Virus record (IMG/VR): IMGVR_UViG_3300046717_000073
Coordinates: 1-44,200 of that record
From: a virus
Lineage: Duplodnaviria > Caudoviricetes
Reading direction: 5' to 3' (one strand)
Length of the DNA stretch: 44,200 nucleotides
The position numbers and the translations under genes were made by a program. Below, piece after piece: positions 1 through 9,542 of this stretch. Position 1 is the stretch's first letter. Every line of letters starts with the position of its first letter. The notes beneath the pieces were generated by a model, which saw only the letters and a program-made list of their open reading frames with translations, was not told the DNA's origin and made no database searches.

Positions 1-2
1 AG

Positions 3-323
3 TGTTGGTGCCGGATATGTGCCTGCAAGATCCCCTGTAGCACTTCCTGAAGGTGGCAGAGTTGTAGGAATCTGCCCAAACGCTACAGCATCTGTACTAA
101 CAGTTCCATTAACCAAACCAATAATCTTATGGGTATTTAAATTAACATTAGCCGCAGCGGGAGCTAATTGGTCAAGAGTATTAGCTCTAATAATGCTCGC
201 TACGCTCGCTGTAGGCTGTAATGTAGGACTTGGATAGGTTCCTCCCAAGTCACCACTGGCAGGGCCTGTAGACAGCCCTGCGGGTCCTTGTGGCCCTGCG
301 CCAAAACTTCCTCTAGAAGCCAT
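3..323 (-). CDS. Putative virion/tail-fibre-like protein, N-terminal part (runs off window)
   Basis: ATG at 323 overlaps the upstream stop; MASRGSFGAGPQGPAG... with repeated GDL(G/A)GTYP(S/A)PT motif. Confidence 0.6.
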   Translation of the reverse strand, partial: MASRGSFGAGPQGPAGLSTGPASGDLGGTYPSPTLQPTASVASIIRANTLDQLAPAAANVNLNTHKIIGLVNGTVSTDAVAFGQIPTTLPPSGSATGDLAGTYPAPT

Positions 324-622
324 TAGACACCTGCTTGAATAGTAAAGGTAGCTGTGGCAGCAGAAATGATCTTAACTACAGTATTTGACGTTGTGCCTGA
401 AGCAGGTTCTGGTGGGACATTAGGATTAACTACATCAACAAAACCCAGAGGCGCTACAAAGAAACACTCATCTCCAGCAACAGTAGGGTCTACTCCGTCT
501 ACACGGGCCCACATATCTCCAGAGCTTCTGTTAATAATTTCAATATTGTGATACCAATTGGCAAATGTAACTGTAGTAACAACGTTACTCACAGTAGTGC
601 CGCTGGTGATGTGAACAGCCAT
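323..622 (-). CDS. Small beta-rich putative virion protein (paralog family)
   Basis: 99 aa, T/V-rich, similar to 698-1000 and 1201-1590. Confidence 0.65.
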   Translation of the reverse strand: MAVHITSGTTVSNVVTTVTFANWYHNIEIINRSSGDMWARVDGVDPTVAGDECFFVAPLGFVDVVNPNVPPEPASGTTSNTVVKIISAATATFTIQAGV

Positions 623-697
623 AAGGCTCTCCCAAAATTGTGGGGGTGGATTGGGGAGTCCAAATAATGGGTCTATTTAACTTCTGATAGTTTATCG

Positions 698-1000
698 TTA
701 AGAACAATATACCGTAAAAGGAATAGCAGTATCGGAAATTAGTTCGATACTGGTTCCGCTGATAACACGAGTAATAGGTTCTTGTGTGAGAATTCCGTTA
801 GGGAAAGTCACAGCCTGTCCAGGAAGAACAGGAAGGTTATCATCAGCAAGAATTACTGGAGCTACTCCGTCTGTTCTTAACCAGATAGTTCCAGTGGTTC
901 CACGATGTATAACAGTAATATTCGCAAAGTACTGTGGAAAATTAACGGGTGTTGCTGTATTTATAGTCAAAGTAGCTGAGTGTGCTCTGCTAGCAGCCAT
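698..1000 (-). CDS. Small beta-rich putative virion protein (paralog family)
   Basis: 100 aa; WLRTDGVAP resembles WARVDGVDP of neighbour. Confidence 0.65.
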   Translation of the reverse strand: MAASRAHSATLTINTATPVNFPQYFANITVIHRGTTGTIWLRTDGVAPVILADDNLPVLPGQAVTFPNGILTQEPITRVISGTSIELISDTAIPFTVYCS

Positions 1001-1007
1001 ACCATTC

Positions 1008-1190
1008 CTATCTCATATCGACTACTGAAGCAGTCTCGTTCAATGGATACTGTCCTTTAGTATCACTCAATGGTGGTAATTGTCCACCACTATACTGAGG
1101 ATTTTGTCCGGAGATACCAGTTATTAGTTCTACTGGCTCTCCGGACAATTCTGTATAAGCAGCACTACGTCTGTCATGGAAGACTGTCAC
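1008..1190 (-). CDS. Hypothetical protein
   Basis: 60 aa, GGAG RBS, fills operon gap. Confidence 0.5.
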   Translation of the reverse strand: MTVFHDRRSAAYTELSGEPVELITGISGQNPQYSGGQLPPLSDTKGQYPLNETASVVDMR

Positions 1191-1200
1191 TGCTTACTCC

Positions 1201-1590
1201 TTAGCTGTAAACAGGAAGAGTTCCAGGGTCCTCAGCCAGATCAACGCTGAATGGAGCAGCTAGATCAGAAATAACAGAAACCTTAGAACCGTAAGTAGTA
1301 AATGCTGCGGAAGCAGAAGGATCTGTAGCCAGAGGAGTAGTTGTAGAAAGGGCAGGGCGAGGCAGGTTATTCTTAACTGCAACAGTTACAGAACCGCTGG
1401 CAGGAATTCTAACAGAAGCAGTATCGTTACCATTAACAGTAGCGGTAGTTCCATCAGTAGTTACCGAAAGAGTTCCAGCAACAGTGCTAGGGGCAGTAGC
1501 AGTAACAATAATATACTTCTCCCACCCAGTCAGAGTGGCAGCAGTAGCTGTGCTAGCTGTTAATGTTCCACCAATTGCGTGTACGGCCAT
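1201..1590 (-). CDS. Small beta-rich putative virion protein (paralog family)
   Basis: 129 aa, MAVHAIGGTLT start, TTDGTTATVNGND motif. Confidence 0.65.
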   Translation of the reverse strand: MAVHAIGGTLTASTATAATLTGWEKYIIVTATAPSTVAGTLSVTTDGTTATVNGNDTASVRIPASGSVTVAVKNNLPRPALSTTTPLATDPSASAAFTTYGSKVSVISDLAAPFSVDLAEDPGTLPVYS

Positions 1591-1619
1591 AATTCACGTC
1601 CAATACGTATAAGAGATTA

Positions 1620-1892
1620 TTAAGATACAGCCTTGTCAACTGCATCATCAGCAGTATCAACAGCCTGCGTAGCTACATCCACATCGGAACGCAGCGTATC
1701 TGCAATAGCTTCTACGTGAGAAGCAGCAGCATGAATGTCGGAAAGCACAGCTTGCTTGAATACACCAGATACTTCAACCTGATGAACTCTGTCGAATACT
1801 GATTCCAACTTCAGAACAAGTGCGTGAAGATCTCCCTCAGCCTTATCCTTCAAGGCATTAAACTTTGCCTGTAATTCATTAACAAAAGTCAT
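1620..1892 (-). CDS. Helical hypothetical protein
   Basis: Start reassigned to MTFVNELQ after AAGGA RBS. Confidence 0.65.
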   Translation of the reverse strand: MTFVNELQAKFNALKDKAEGDLHALVLKLESVFDRVHQVEVSGVFKQAVLSDIHAAASHVEAIADTLRSDVDVATQAVDTADDAVDKAVS

Positions 1893-1902
1893 TTTTGATT
1901 CC

Positions 1903-2106
1903 TTAGTGTCTAGCCACAGCAGCATTAAACCACATGACTGTCTGATCCAAATTAGTAATAGCCGATGACTTCTCTCGGCTTTCAGGAGCATTCTCATCAA
2001 TCCACAATGCCAGCTCTAAAGCCTTGGCTCGCATGGCTTCATACTTGCTTGCAGTGGTTGGAGTTGACGGATGAAAAGTAAATCTGTTCTTTAAATCACT
2101 ATTCAT
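1903..2106 (-). CDS. Acb2/Tad1-like helical hairpin protein (putative immune-signal sponge)
   Basis: RFTFH...SREKSSAITNLDQTVMWFNAAVAR resembles the Tad1-type SRExSxAITxLxxxxMW pattern. Confidence 0.55.
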   Translation of the reverse strand: MNSDLKNRFTFHPSTPTTASKYEAMRAKALELALWIDENAPESREKSSAITNLDQTVMWFNAAVARH

Positions 2107-2543
2107 TAGTCTGTGATTACCGCTCCGTGAAGTCTTTCGTATCTTCCACCACTGCGGTTTACTTCTTCAAATCTACGTGCAGCATTGGCGTCAACATTTA
2201 CACCATGCATAAATTCACCAGTCATATTTGCAGAATCAATCCAAGCGGCAGAACCTACGTGAGCACGCGCGCGCATTGTTTCAGCAGCATCCTTGATGAA
2301 CACAGACTTATTGTGGTTAGGACGTCCAGGAGCTGTTACGTAACCCTGCATAGCTCCTAGCTGGAAGTCACTAGGGACATCAGTATCAGTGGCGATACCC
2401 TCCTCAAAACGGAGTGGACCACGACGCTCTGGGTTAGCTGCACCCTTGGCTTCATAGTTAACTGCGCCACGGTCTCTTTCAGGGAATCTAGGAGCTGGTG
2501 CTAGTTGTACGTTACTTCCTGCTTCCTTATACATCTCTGCCAT
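2106..2543 (-). CDS. Hypothetical phage protein
   Basis: 145 aa, RBS, coupled to downstream gene. Confidence 0.7.
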   Translation of the reverse strand: MAEMYKEAGSNVQLAPAPRFPERDRGAVNYEAKGAANPERRGPLRFEEGIATDTDVPSDFQLGAMQGYVTAPGRPNHNKSVFIKDAAETMRARAHVGSAAWIDSANMTGEFMHGVNVDANAARRFEEVNRSGGRYERLHGAVITD

Positions 2544-2596
2544 ATTAGTTTCCTTAAGTTAAAACACTAGTGTTGTAATTAGTTTACCGCAATTAA

Positions 2597-4171
2597 TTAT
2601 GACCTACGTCGATCGTAGAACATATTGTTCGACGTCTCAACTTCTTCATTCAGATTTGTAGGTATAACACTCAGGGCAATAGCCAGAGAATCACAGTAGT
2701 CATCATGCGCGTTGACTTCTTTTGGTGCCTCAGCCAACATATACGGGCCTTCAAATTTAACCTGAAGATCAGACATCTGCTGAATAAAGTTTCTGTATGT
2801 ACGCAGATTTCTTGTCTTTGCGTGAGATGGCCAACCTATGCGCCCTCTGTCCAGTAGTTCTCTGAGATACTTCCATCTGTCTGACTGTGCTGGACGCTGA
2901 GAAGACACATCTACAATCTCTATATGCGGTAGCAGTACTCGTAATCTGGAGATAAAAATATCTCCCATTCCACCTGCGTCTACCCCAATAGCCCATACAC
3001 TATATTTGGATACAAACTCAACAATTCTATGATACTGAGATTCCCAGTCATGTCCTTGGAGATCCAGCCAATTAAGAATTCGGCAATTATAGTATCCGTA
3101 TTCATCCTGATGATCCCAGTCCACGAATAGTGCTGTAACAATAGTGCTGTCAATCTTACGTGCGGGATCAATACCTATAATAATAGGAGAAGTATAATAA
3201 CTCTTCACTGTCTCCATAGACTTATCCCCAAGCTCTTCCAGACGCTCAGAGGTTGTGAACATTCCCTGTTCTAGAAGCCACATCAGACGGTACGAAAGCT
3301 TGAACTCATCAGAGTCAAATCCCATACGAAGCATGTCACCAGCTACAGCCTTCTCATACTTCTTATTCCACTTTGATACCTCTCGGTAGTCCGCTTCAAA
3401 ATGATTGACTCGGGCACCACGCTTAGTAGCATTACGCTTATTCTGCTGAATCTGTCTGTGGAATACACCCTTCTCATATGTAGGAGTTCCCGTCATACAG
3501 AAGGTTCCATTGGTGGACGCAAGCATGGGGCGAATAGACTTGTCTACTACCTTCTGATCTGCTACCTGAGACTCATCGAGAAGAACAATGTGATAGGTCT
3601 TACCTTCAATGTTGGCACGAGGATGGGCAGTCTGACGTCTTACCAGAGAGCCGCACTTCTCCAACTTCATCTCTGATCCGCGCCCTTTTATCTTTTCATT
3701 GATAGAAGGATCAGATAAGATAGCCTGTGCTCTTTCAGACTCGAACATAGATACAATACGAGAATAAAGAGTCTTAGCCATATCATCCACAGGAGCAAAG
3801 GCACCAACCCATACACCCTCCTTGAAATCATCAAGCCACTCACTGAAAGGCTCTATTTTCGCCAAACGAGGAAGCATGATCATAAGGGTAGCTACAGTAG
3901 CTGATACGGTTTCAGTCTTTCCGGACTGACGGGAGAACAGAGCTGTTACAGTAGCTCCATCATTAATGATCACTGATTCCATCAACCGAGCTGCGAAAGG
4001 TCTCTGATAGCCGTACAATGGATGTCCAGACAATTCATCCGCGAATACTAGAAGTCTAGTAACAATCTCATCAATGAATGCTTGAGATCTTGGATCTAGA
4101 TCAATAATAGTTTTTGTGTGTGCTTCTAGTTCTTCAGCAGTTAATTCATCTAAATCAATTTCAGTGGTCAT
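2597..4171 (-). CDS. terL: Terminase large subunit
   Basis: Walker A SRQSGKT, Walker B IVLLDESQ, TGT coupling motif, nuclease IGIDPA and HDDYCDSLA. Confidence 0.93.
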   Translation of the reverse strand: MTTEIDLDELTAEELEAHTKTIIDLDPRSQAFIDEIVTRLLVFADELSGHPLYGYQRPFAARLMESVIINDGATVTALFSRQSGKTETVSATVATLMIMLPRLAKIEPFSEWLDDFKEGVWVGAFAPVDDMAKTLYSRIVSMFESERAQAILSDPSINEKIKGRGSEMKLEKCGSLVRRQTAHPRANIEGKTYHIVLLDESQVADQKVVDKSIRPMLASTNGTFCMTGTPTYEKGVFHRQIQQNKRNATKRGARVNHFEADYREVSKWNKKYEKAVAGDMLRMGFDSDEFKLSYRLMWLLEQGMFTTSERLEELGDKSMETVKSYYTSPIIIGIDPARKIDSTIVTALFVDWDHQDEYGYYNCRILNWLDLQGHDWESQYHRIVEFVSKYSVWAIGVDAGGMGDIFISRLRVLLPHIEIVDVSSQRPAQSDRWKYLRELLDRGRIGWPSHAKTRNLRTYRNFIQQMSDLQVKFEGPYMLAEAPKEVNAHDDYCDSLAIALSVIPTNLNEEVETSNNMFYDRRRS

Positions 4172-4215
4172 TTGTTTCTCCAGATTAATTTCACAGTAAT
4201 TATATTGTACCTGAG

Positions 4216-4244
4216 TTGACAGGCAGCAGTACGCAGCCTAAAGT
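4216..4244 (+). promoter_or_regulatory. Sigma70/HrdB-type promoter
   Basis: TTGACA-N17-TAAAGT upstream of 4276. Confidence 0.55.
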
Positions 4245-4275
4245 ATGAGTACCAACAACCCTTCAGGAGGACACC

Positions 4276-4503
4276 ATGGATACCAACCCGTTTGACCAGC
4301 CTCAACAGCACCACGGAGCAACTTTCGTAAAGGTCTTCGCTGCTTCATTTATTGGTGCTGTTATTGGTGCATCACTGGACAATACCCGCTTTGGGCGTTG
4401 GTTCAATACAAGCAAGCTCATAGGTTTGATATTTAAGTTGTTTGGTTTGTACTGCGTATACCTTGCTGGTGTATTCGTCTATGAGCTGATCAAGGTTTGG
4501 TAA
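4276..4503 (+). CDS. Small membrane protein
   Basis: AGGAGG RBS, two hydrophobic segments, own promoter. Confidence 0.7.
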   Translation: MDTNPFDQPQQHHGATFVKVFAASFIGAVIGASLDNTRFGRWFNTSKLIGLIFKLFGLYCVYLAGVFVYELIKVW

Positions 4504-4750
4504 GCCTTTCCTCTATAACCTGGAGAGCAGCAAGAAGTGACACTGCCCCTTCCCGCATGTCCTCAATATTTACAAGAACCTGATCCTGTTTTCCTGGGGT
4601 CAGGTTCTTTCTCGTTTCTGAAACGTTCATACCAATAGCTGTATGAATGTTGTCTATCCATCTGACAAGCTCATCGTTAGTAGTAGCACGCAATCTCTTG
4701 AGTACCTTGGTCTTTATCTTCTCATCTGATTTCACTCGCGTATAAAACAT
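4490..4750 (-). CDS. Hypothetical protein
   Basis: 86 aa, TAATG coupling. Confidence 0.65.
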   Translation of the reverse strand: MFYTRVKSDEKIKTKVLKRLRATTNDELVRWIDNIHTAIGMNVSETRKNLTPGKQDQVLVNIEDMREGAVSLLAALQVIEERLTKP

Positions 4751-5103
4751 TAAATATCCAATGCTTCAAGTAGTAGTTCTTGTTGTTCTGCTGAAAATTG
4801 ATTCTTGATCATAGTTCTTCTTATATGAACCTTCTCCGCTGAGGAAAACTCGTTGTCGGTCATCTGACGGCCTTCCAGAGCTTCAAGGAGCATCTGTTCC
4901 TCTGTACGATCAGTAGACCGCCACAGACCCAGTACAAAGCCTTGACGGCACCATGGGATACGGACTATGACTGAGTTGGACCATCGGTATGGATAGTCAA
5001 CCTCATGCGAAGGATACCTGTGAAAAATGGCAGACTTTTTCTCCAGCTTAATACCGTGCGTAAAGAATGGTCCCAGATCATGTTTCTTATTATGGATAGA
5101 CAA
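4750..5103 (-). CDS. Hypothetical protein
   Basis: 117 aa in tight operon. Confidence 0.65.
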   Translation of the reverse strand: MSIHNKKHDLGPFFTHGIKLEKKSAIFHRYPSHEVDYPYRWSNSVIVRIPWCRQGFVLGLWRSTDRTEEQMLLEALEGRQMTDNEFSSAEKVHIRRTMIKNQFSAEQQELLLEALDI

Positions 5104-5104
5104 A

Positions 5105-5560
5105 CTACATCAAACCTCTCGTGTATGGATACGAATTGAGTGTCGAATTAATGTACCGTCCAGGTGATTGTGCTCTCTGGAATTTCCACCATACTGACGG
5201 AGGTACATTATAGTACGTATAATACGATCCATCTCTGAACTTAATACGAAGAGACTGACTTCTCTCGTCATATCCCGCTGCAAGAGTTCTTGGTCTTCCT
5301 GGATTAATAGTAGGAGTTGGCTGATAAGGAAGCAGATCAGTATCATCTCCATTGAGAGCCATCTCTACTTCTTGATACAGAATAGGATCAGCAATGGCAG
5401 CTGACTGACTACGAATAGCACCTACGTCAAGATATGAAGAGGGAGCTACTCGGTTTGTCTGTGGAGCATTACCAAGGAATACCTGATCCCATGCCGATCC
5501 CGCTCGTCGTGTAGGTGGTGTAAGTCTGGGAATTCTGCTGGAAGCTTTTCTTCTCGCCAT
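5105..5560 (-). CDS. KTSC-domain protein
   Basis: C-terminal AGYDERSQSLRIKFRDGSYYTYYNVP...SPGRYIN. Confidence 0.8.
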   Translation of the reverse strand: MARRKASSRIPRLTPPTRRAGSAWDQVFLGNAPQTNRVAPSSYLDVGAIRSQSAAIADPILYQEVEMALNGDDTDLLPYQPTPTINPGRPRTLAAGYDERSQSLRIKFRDGSYYTYYNVPPSVWWKFQRAQSPGRYINSTLNSYPYTRGLM

Positions 5561-5576
5561 TGTTTCTCCTTAAAAT

Positions 5577-5625
5577 AGAAATATCCCCACACCCTAGATA
5601 TTACAGGGCTGGGGATATTTCTTTT
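5577..5625 (-). terminator. Intrinsic terminator-like hairpin
   Basis: AGAAATATCCCC...GGGGATATTTCT inverted repeat. Confidence 0.5.
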
Positions 5626-5836
5626 ATTGCTGCACTGTCCAACCTGGATTCAGATCATCAGCAGTGTCATGAGGGCAATTAGGTCCCTCGTAGTGAACAC
5701 CATCTAGATACATACAGGAAAGGTGTGCTTGTGCTGTTGAATCCCAAGGAACTTCTGGAGCAGAATGAGCTGTCCAGCTTTCTTCTCTCCAGACGTCTCC
5801 TTCATCATGTACTCGTCGATAGAAATTGATTGTCAT
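5624..5836 (-). CDS. Hypothetical protein
   Basis: 70 aa ORF. Confidence 0.5.
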   Translation of the reverse strand: MTINFYRRVHDEGDVWREESWTAHSAPEVPWDSTAQAHLSCMYLDGVHYEGPNCPHDTADDLNPGWTVQQ

Positions 5837-6236
5837 GGATGAAACTCAAATCTGGTGGTGTATATGTTGACGGTTTGAGTATCTTGCCAAACTCATTACG
5901 CTTAACTGTACCATCAGATTCAGCCTTGGACATATTCGACTTGTGCACTACTTGAAACACTTGCTCTAGGGGAATATTCAATTCCTCAGCAGTTCCGTAG
6001 ACTACATAGAGAAGGTCAGCCAATTCCTTAGCCAACGCTTCCATAGCCTCTTCCATTGTGCTGGAAGTCAGATTAAGCCGAGTCTCTTCCAGATGATCAA
6101 GAGCTTCAGTTACTTCCTCATACTCCTCGTACATGAGCCTAAGACGCCGATCTGTCTTTGTCAGAAAGTCATCATTACGCTGCTCTGGAGCAAAGGTGTT
6201 GTGAAACTCTTGCAGATTTATCATAGGCGTATGCAT
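5805..6236 (-). CDS. MazG-like nucleoside triphosphate pyrophosphohydrolase
   Basis: EEYEE...KELADLLYVVYG...VHKSNMSK...GKILKP. Confidence 0.85.
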   Translation of the reverse strand: MHTPMINLQEFHNTFAPEQRNDDFLTKTDRRLRLMYEEYEEVTEALDHLEETRLNLTSSTMEEAMEALAKELADLLYVVYGTAEELNIPLEQVFQVVHKSNMSKAESDGTVKRNEFGKILKPSTYTPPDLSFIHDNQFLSTST

Positions 6237-7294
6237 CAGTAGATCTTTCCCTCATAACGGAAGGTTCCGTTATTCTGGCCGAGTACAAGTTCAGTGTAAT
6301 TCTGACCGGCTTCACGAGTAATAACTACAATACCCTTGGACCAGTTGGGAGAGGTTCCCTTGATGTATCCACCGTTGGATTCCATCGCCTTTTCAAAGTC
6401 CATGATACAGCCAGCATTCACATACACATGCTGAGTACCCTTACCCTCATAACCGATGAACACTGGACGCAAAGCAGCCTGATGAACATGTCCCGCAAGA
6501 ATAGACTTGCCTGTACGCATAACATGCTCAGTACCCTTGATGACATGAGTCTTGGATGTCAGTTCCCACTGATGGCCATGACCAAGCAGATAATCAGGAA
6601 GAAATTCAAATACCTTGTGCTGATAATTGATTTCCAGATCATCAAGCTCGTACATTACTTCAGGAGTTAGTGCCCGAAGAGTGGCAAGACCAGGAAGACG
6701 TGACTCAACAGCCTTGGTAATCCAGTGCATATGATTGGAATGCGCCATATGAATAGTTGCATTGGGAGCAGCTTCCCGAATACGAGTCAACCACTGAACA
6801 GTCTCATCGATCTGAGCCTGAAGATTGGATTCATACTCTTCCTTCATACCCTTGGCCCAACGGCCAACAGCACTGTTATCACTCTCGTCACCAGTCAGAC
6901 AGATCATATCCGGCTGCTGATCACGAACAAACTCCACTGTCTTGGCAAGGAACTCAGGATCATGCTTATTGATCTGGAAATCTCCGAAAGCAATAACTCG
7001 CTGATCCTTCTTCTCAGCCTTCAAAGTAGCAGCAGGCTTGGAGCCGTACACGTTCATAGCATGCTGATGACTCTTTACTATATTGGCTACGGAAACTTCT
7101 GCCAAAGTTGCCTGTACAGGCTTGTTCTTGTCCCGCCAGGTACGAATGAGCTTTTCGGATACGAGGAAACCATTTTCAATAAGAATTGACTTAGCTGACA
7201 GACGGCCAAGACTTGAATCACTCAGAATATCGTAAATATTCTGATCAACCTTGGCCCAGATTTCAAGTTCTGTAATACTCACTACAGAATGCAA
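6236..7294 (-). CDS. Calcineurin-like metallophosphoesterase
   Basis: GDFQ, TGDESD, SNH, GHGH and GHVH motifs. Confidence 0.8.
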   Translation of the reverse strand: MHSVVSITELEIWAKVDQNIYDILSDSSLGRLSAKSILIENGFLVSEKLIRTWRDKNKPVQATLAEVSVANIVKSHQHAMNVYGSKPAATLKAEKKDQRVIAFGDFQINKHDPEFLAKTVEFVRDQQPDMICLTGDESDNSAVGRWAKGMKEEYESNLQAQIDETVQWLTRIREAAPNATIHMAHSNHMHWITKAVESRLPGLATLRALTPEVMYELDDLEINYQHKVFEFLPDYLLGHGHQWELTSKTHVIKGTEHVMRTGKSILAGHVHQAALRPVFIGYEGKGTQHVYVNAGCIMDFEKAMESNGGYIKGTSPNWSKGIVVITREAGQNYTELVLGQNNGTFRYEGKIY

Positions 7295-7359
7295 CGTTCC
7301 TCCTCCAATAGTAAGACCCGCATAATGCAGTACAGACTACACTATGCGGGTCTCGGTGT

Positions 7360-7791
7360 CTACTTTTTACTGGCTACAAGCTGTACTAACGCTATGGCAA
7401 TAGGAATCATCACCATAGACAACAGCCATCTGAACTGATCCTGTCTAGAAGCAATGTAAGACTTATGCTGCGTTTCTCTAGCTGTAGTTTCACGATTGAT
7501 TGCTGCTTCATAGCGTACACGTTCAGCAGTTATATCCTGTCTCAGTCCTTGAAGAGCTTCCCTTAATTCAGCCTTTAGAGCTAAAAGATCATCTTCCCCG
7601 TCTTCAAGTTTGTCATTTACTGTACTGAAACGTAGTTCTAGTGAACGCTTGTCTGCATCATATTCAATCAAGGTTAGTAGTTTGTCAAGGCGGGATGAAA
7701 AATCTGTAAGCCGAGTTTCAACATTTCGCTGCAAACCGTCTAGTTCTCTCTGTACCGCCCCTGACCATGAAGGTGTTTCTGGTGTTGTCAT
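7360..7791 (-). CDS. Coiled-coil protein with C-terminal transmembrane helix
   Basis: Heptad-rich body, hydrophobic WLLSMVMIPIAIALVQLV; start codon uncertain. Confidence 0.65.
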   Translation of the reverse strand: MTTPETPSWSGAVQRELDGLQRNVETRLTDFSSRLDKLLTLIEYDADKRSLELRFSTVNDKLEDGEDDLLALKAELREALQGLRQDITAERVRYEAAINRETTARETQHKSYIASRQDQFRWLLSMVMIPIAIALVQLVASKK

Positions 7792-7892
7792 CAGCAACTC
7801 ACTTGGGGCTAGATTCGAAAAGGACAACAGCAAAAGACCGTGTCATCCAATTCAATTCTCCAAAGTTCCTACCCCGAATGTGCTGTGAGAAG

Positions 7893-7942
7893 AGGTCTAA
7901 TGCTATTACTCCTTAAGGATAACATTAGACCTCTTCTTTTTC
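7893..7942. terminator. Terminator-like hairpin
   Basis: GAGGTCTAATG...CATTAGACCTC followed by T run. Confidence 0.55.
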
Positions 7943-7959
7943 ATGTATACAGAAAGTAA

Positions 7960-9021
7960 CTACTCTGCCTCAGGCTTTACCAGGTCGTACACCTTGCTAT
8001 CGATATCTCTGCCATCTAGCAACATGAACATAAAACCAGGGTAGTCAGACCAATCCGGGATTGTAGCAAGCTCAGCAAAGTCCTTACGGGACCACATGTC
8101 CTTCCCAAAATCCTTGTCCAGCTGCTTACAGATCTGACGATAGTCACTGTCGATACTCGTCTCATGTACACAGAAGTTCATTACGATCTCCTTGTACACC
8201 TTCTTGAGCCAGTCATGCCACTCGTCAGGAATGATCTCGCACATCTGCTCAAGTGTCTTGCCTGCCTTCATGTTCTCCCACACACGACGCTTCGTCAAAC
8301 CAGTAACGATTTTGTGCAGAGCAATGTAATCCGCTTGCTTGATCTTGATTCGGTGCTCATTGTGCGAGAACGATACTACGTAGCCCTCAGCATTGACCCT
8401 CTGAGGAGCCTCCAGGGCCTCTCTAAGCGTCTTGTAGGGGAAGGTAGCAGTCCTAGGCCCAAACCACTCTGGGAGGCTCTTAGGCGGGACTGTGTAGCCT
8501 TCCTCAATATCCCGGGCACCCAGTAGAACCAGATCGTCAAAACCATAGTTCAGAACAATACGATTCTCTGGATAGATGATCTCAAACATGTACGTCAGGT
8601 CAATACCAGCATCCTCTACAAACTTCTTGTATCGGCTCTTCAAAAGATACGTAGCGTGAATTGCCTGGTCAGAAGTAAAGGAACCTCGGGTAGCAATTCC
8701 CCAATCCGCCTTGTATTCCCAGTAGATACCAAGAGAACCATCCATCTTATCGGTAATGGTCGCAGGAGAATCAAGATACTGATTGTCCTCATCAGAGTAG
8801 TTGTGGAACTTGTCGTAAGGACGCGCAATTACCTTGTCATGAGAATTCACGATAAGACCACGACACTGGGACGTTACGTCATTCCACAGATTGTCATATT
8901 GAGCTTTCTCCGTGTAGTTCAGTATAGAGAGATCAAAGTACGGATGAGTCTGCTCACGTACATAACCTTCATTCTTCAGCTCCAAATAGTCTTTGATCGA
9001 AAACAGATCATACAGATACAT
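7960..9021 (-). CDS. RNA ligase, T4 Rnl1 family
   Basis: CRGLI, KFHN, motif I KMDGSLG, ATRGSF, FEII, EGYVV, KIK; start reassigned to MYLYDLF after GGAGG. Confidence 0.9.
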   Translation of the reverse strand: MYLYDLFSIKDYLELKNEGYVREQTHPYFDLSILNYTEKAQYDNLWNDVTSQCRGLIVNSHDKVIARPYDKFHNYSDEDNQYLDSPATITDKMDGSLGIYWEYKADWGIATRGSFTSDQAIHATYLLKSRYKKFVEDAGIDLTYMFEIIYPENRIVLNYGFDDLVLLGARDIEEGYTVPPKSLPEWFGPRTATFPYKTLREALEAPQRVNAEGYVVSFSHNEHRIKIKQADYIALHKIVTGLTKRRVWENMKAGKTLEQMCEIIPDEWHDWLKKVYKEIVMNFCVHETSIDSDYRQICKQLDKDFGKDMWSRKDFAELATIPDWSDYPGFMFMLLDGRDIDSKVYDLVKPEAE

Positions 9022-9211
9022 TGTCTTCCTCCTTCTCAAGTTTACTGACTGCGTCTTGGCTACAATAACAAGCACAATAACCAGTAGGCAAGGGCTCATT
9101 GTATTCTTCAGCATATTCCACATCATCAGCATTCCACCAAGGATGAGGATCAGGATTACAGAAGCCGAACTTACATGACCAACAGGTTGCGTAGCAGATG
9201 ATTACGTTCAT
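9008..9211 (-). CDS. Small Cys-rich protein
   Basis: CWSCKFGFC...CACYC. Confidence 0.55.
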   Translation of the reverse strand: MNVIICYATCWSCKFGFCNPDPHPWWNADDVEYAEEYNEPLPTGYCACYCSQDAVSKLEKEEDNVSV

Positions 9212-9231
9212 GTAGTACAGCGTAGGGCATG

Positions 9232-9280
9232 AAAAAACCTCTGTCAAGAGAACTGATTGTTCAATCTTGACAGAGGTTTT
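9232..9280 (-). terminator. Terminator at the end of the tRNA array
   Basis: AAAACCTCTGTCAAGA...TCTTGACAGAGGTTTT inverted repeat with U tail. Confidence 0.7.
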
Positions 9281-9283
9281 AAG

Positions 9284-9367
9284 TGGATGCAGAGAGACTT
9301 GAACTCCCAGACTCCGAAGAGGATGGCTTTACAGGCCATAACGCTACCAATTACGTGTTATACATCC
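9284..9367 (-). tRNA. tRNA-Tyr(GTA)
   Basis: Cloverleaf, ATGGC-CTGTAAA-GCCAT, long variable arm. Confidence 0.9.
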
Positions 9368-9469
9368 ATTGTGCGCCGATGCCAATCCTTTACCTTCCTC
9401 GCTATAGACGAGGCGTACAAGGCAATCAGCGCATTCCCCAAAGGTGGATTTTTCTATCGGGGACCAAAG

Positions 9470-9541
9470 GGTGAACGACGGGAATCGAACCCGCGATGCC
9501 AGAGTCACAGTCTGGAGTGTTACCTCTACACCACGAACACC
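9470..9541 (-). tRNA. tRNA-His(GTG)
   Basis: CCAGA-CTGTGAC-TCTGG, G-1/C73; two U-U mismatches in acceptor stem. Confidence 0.85.
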
Positions 9542-9542
9542 A

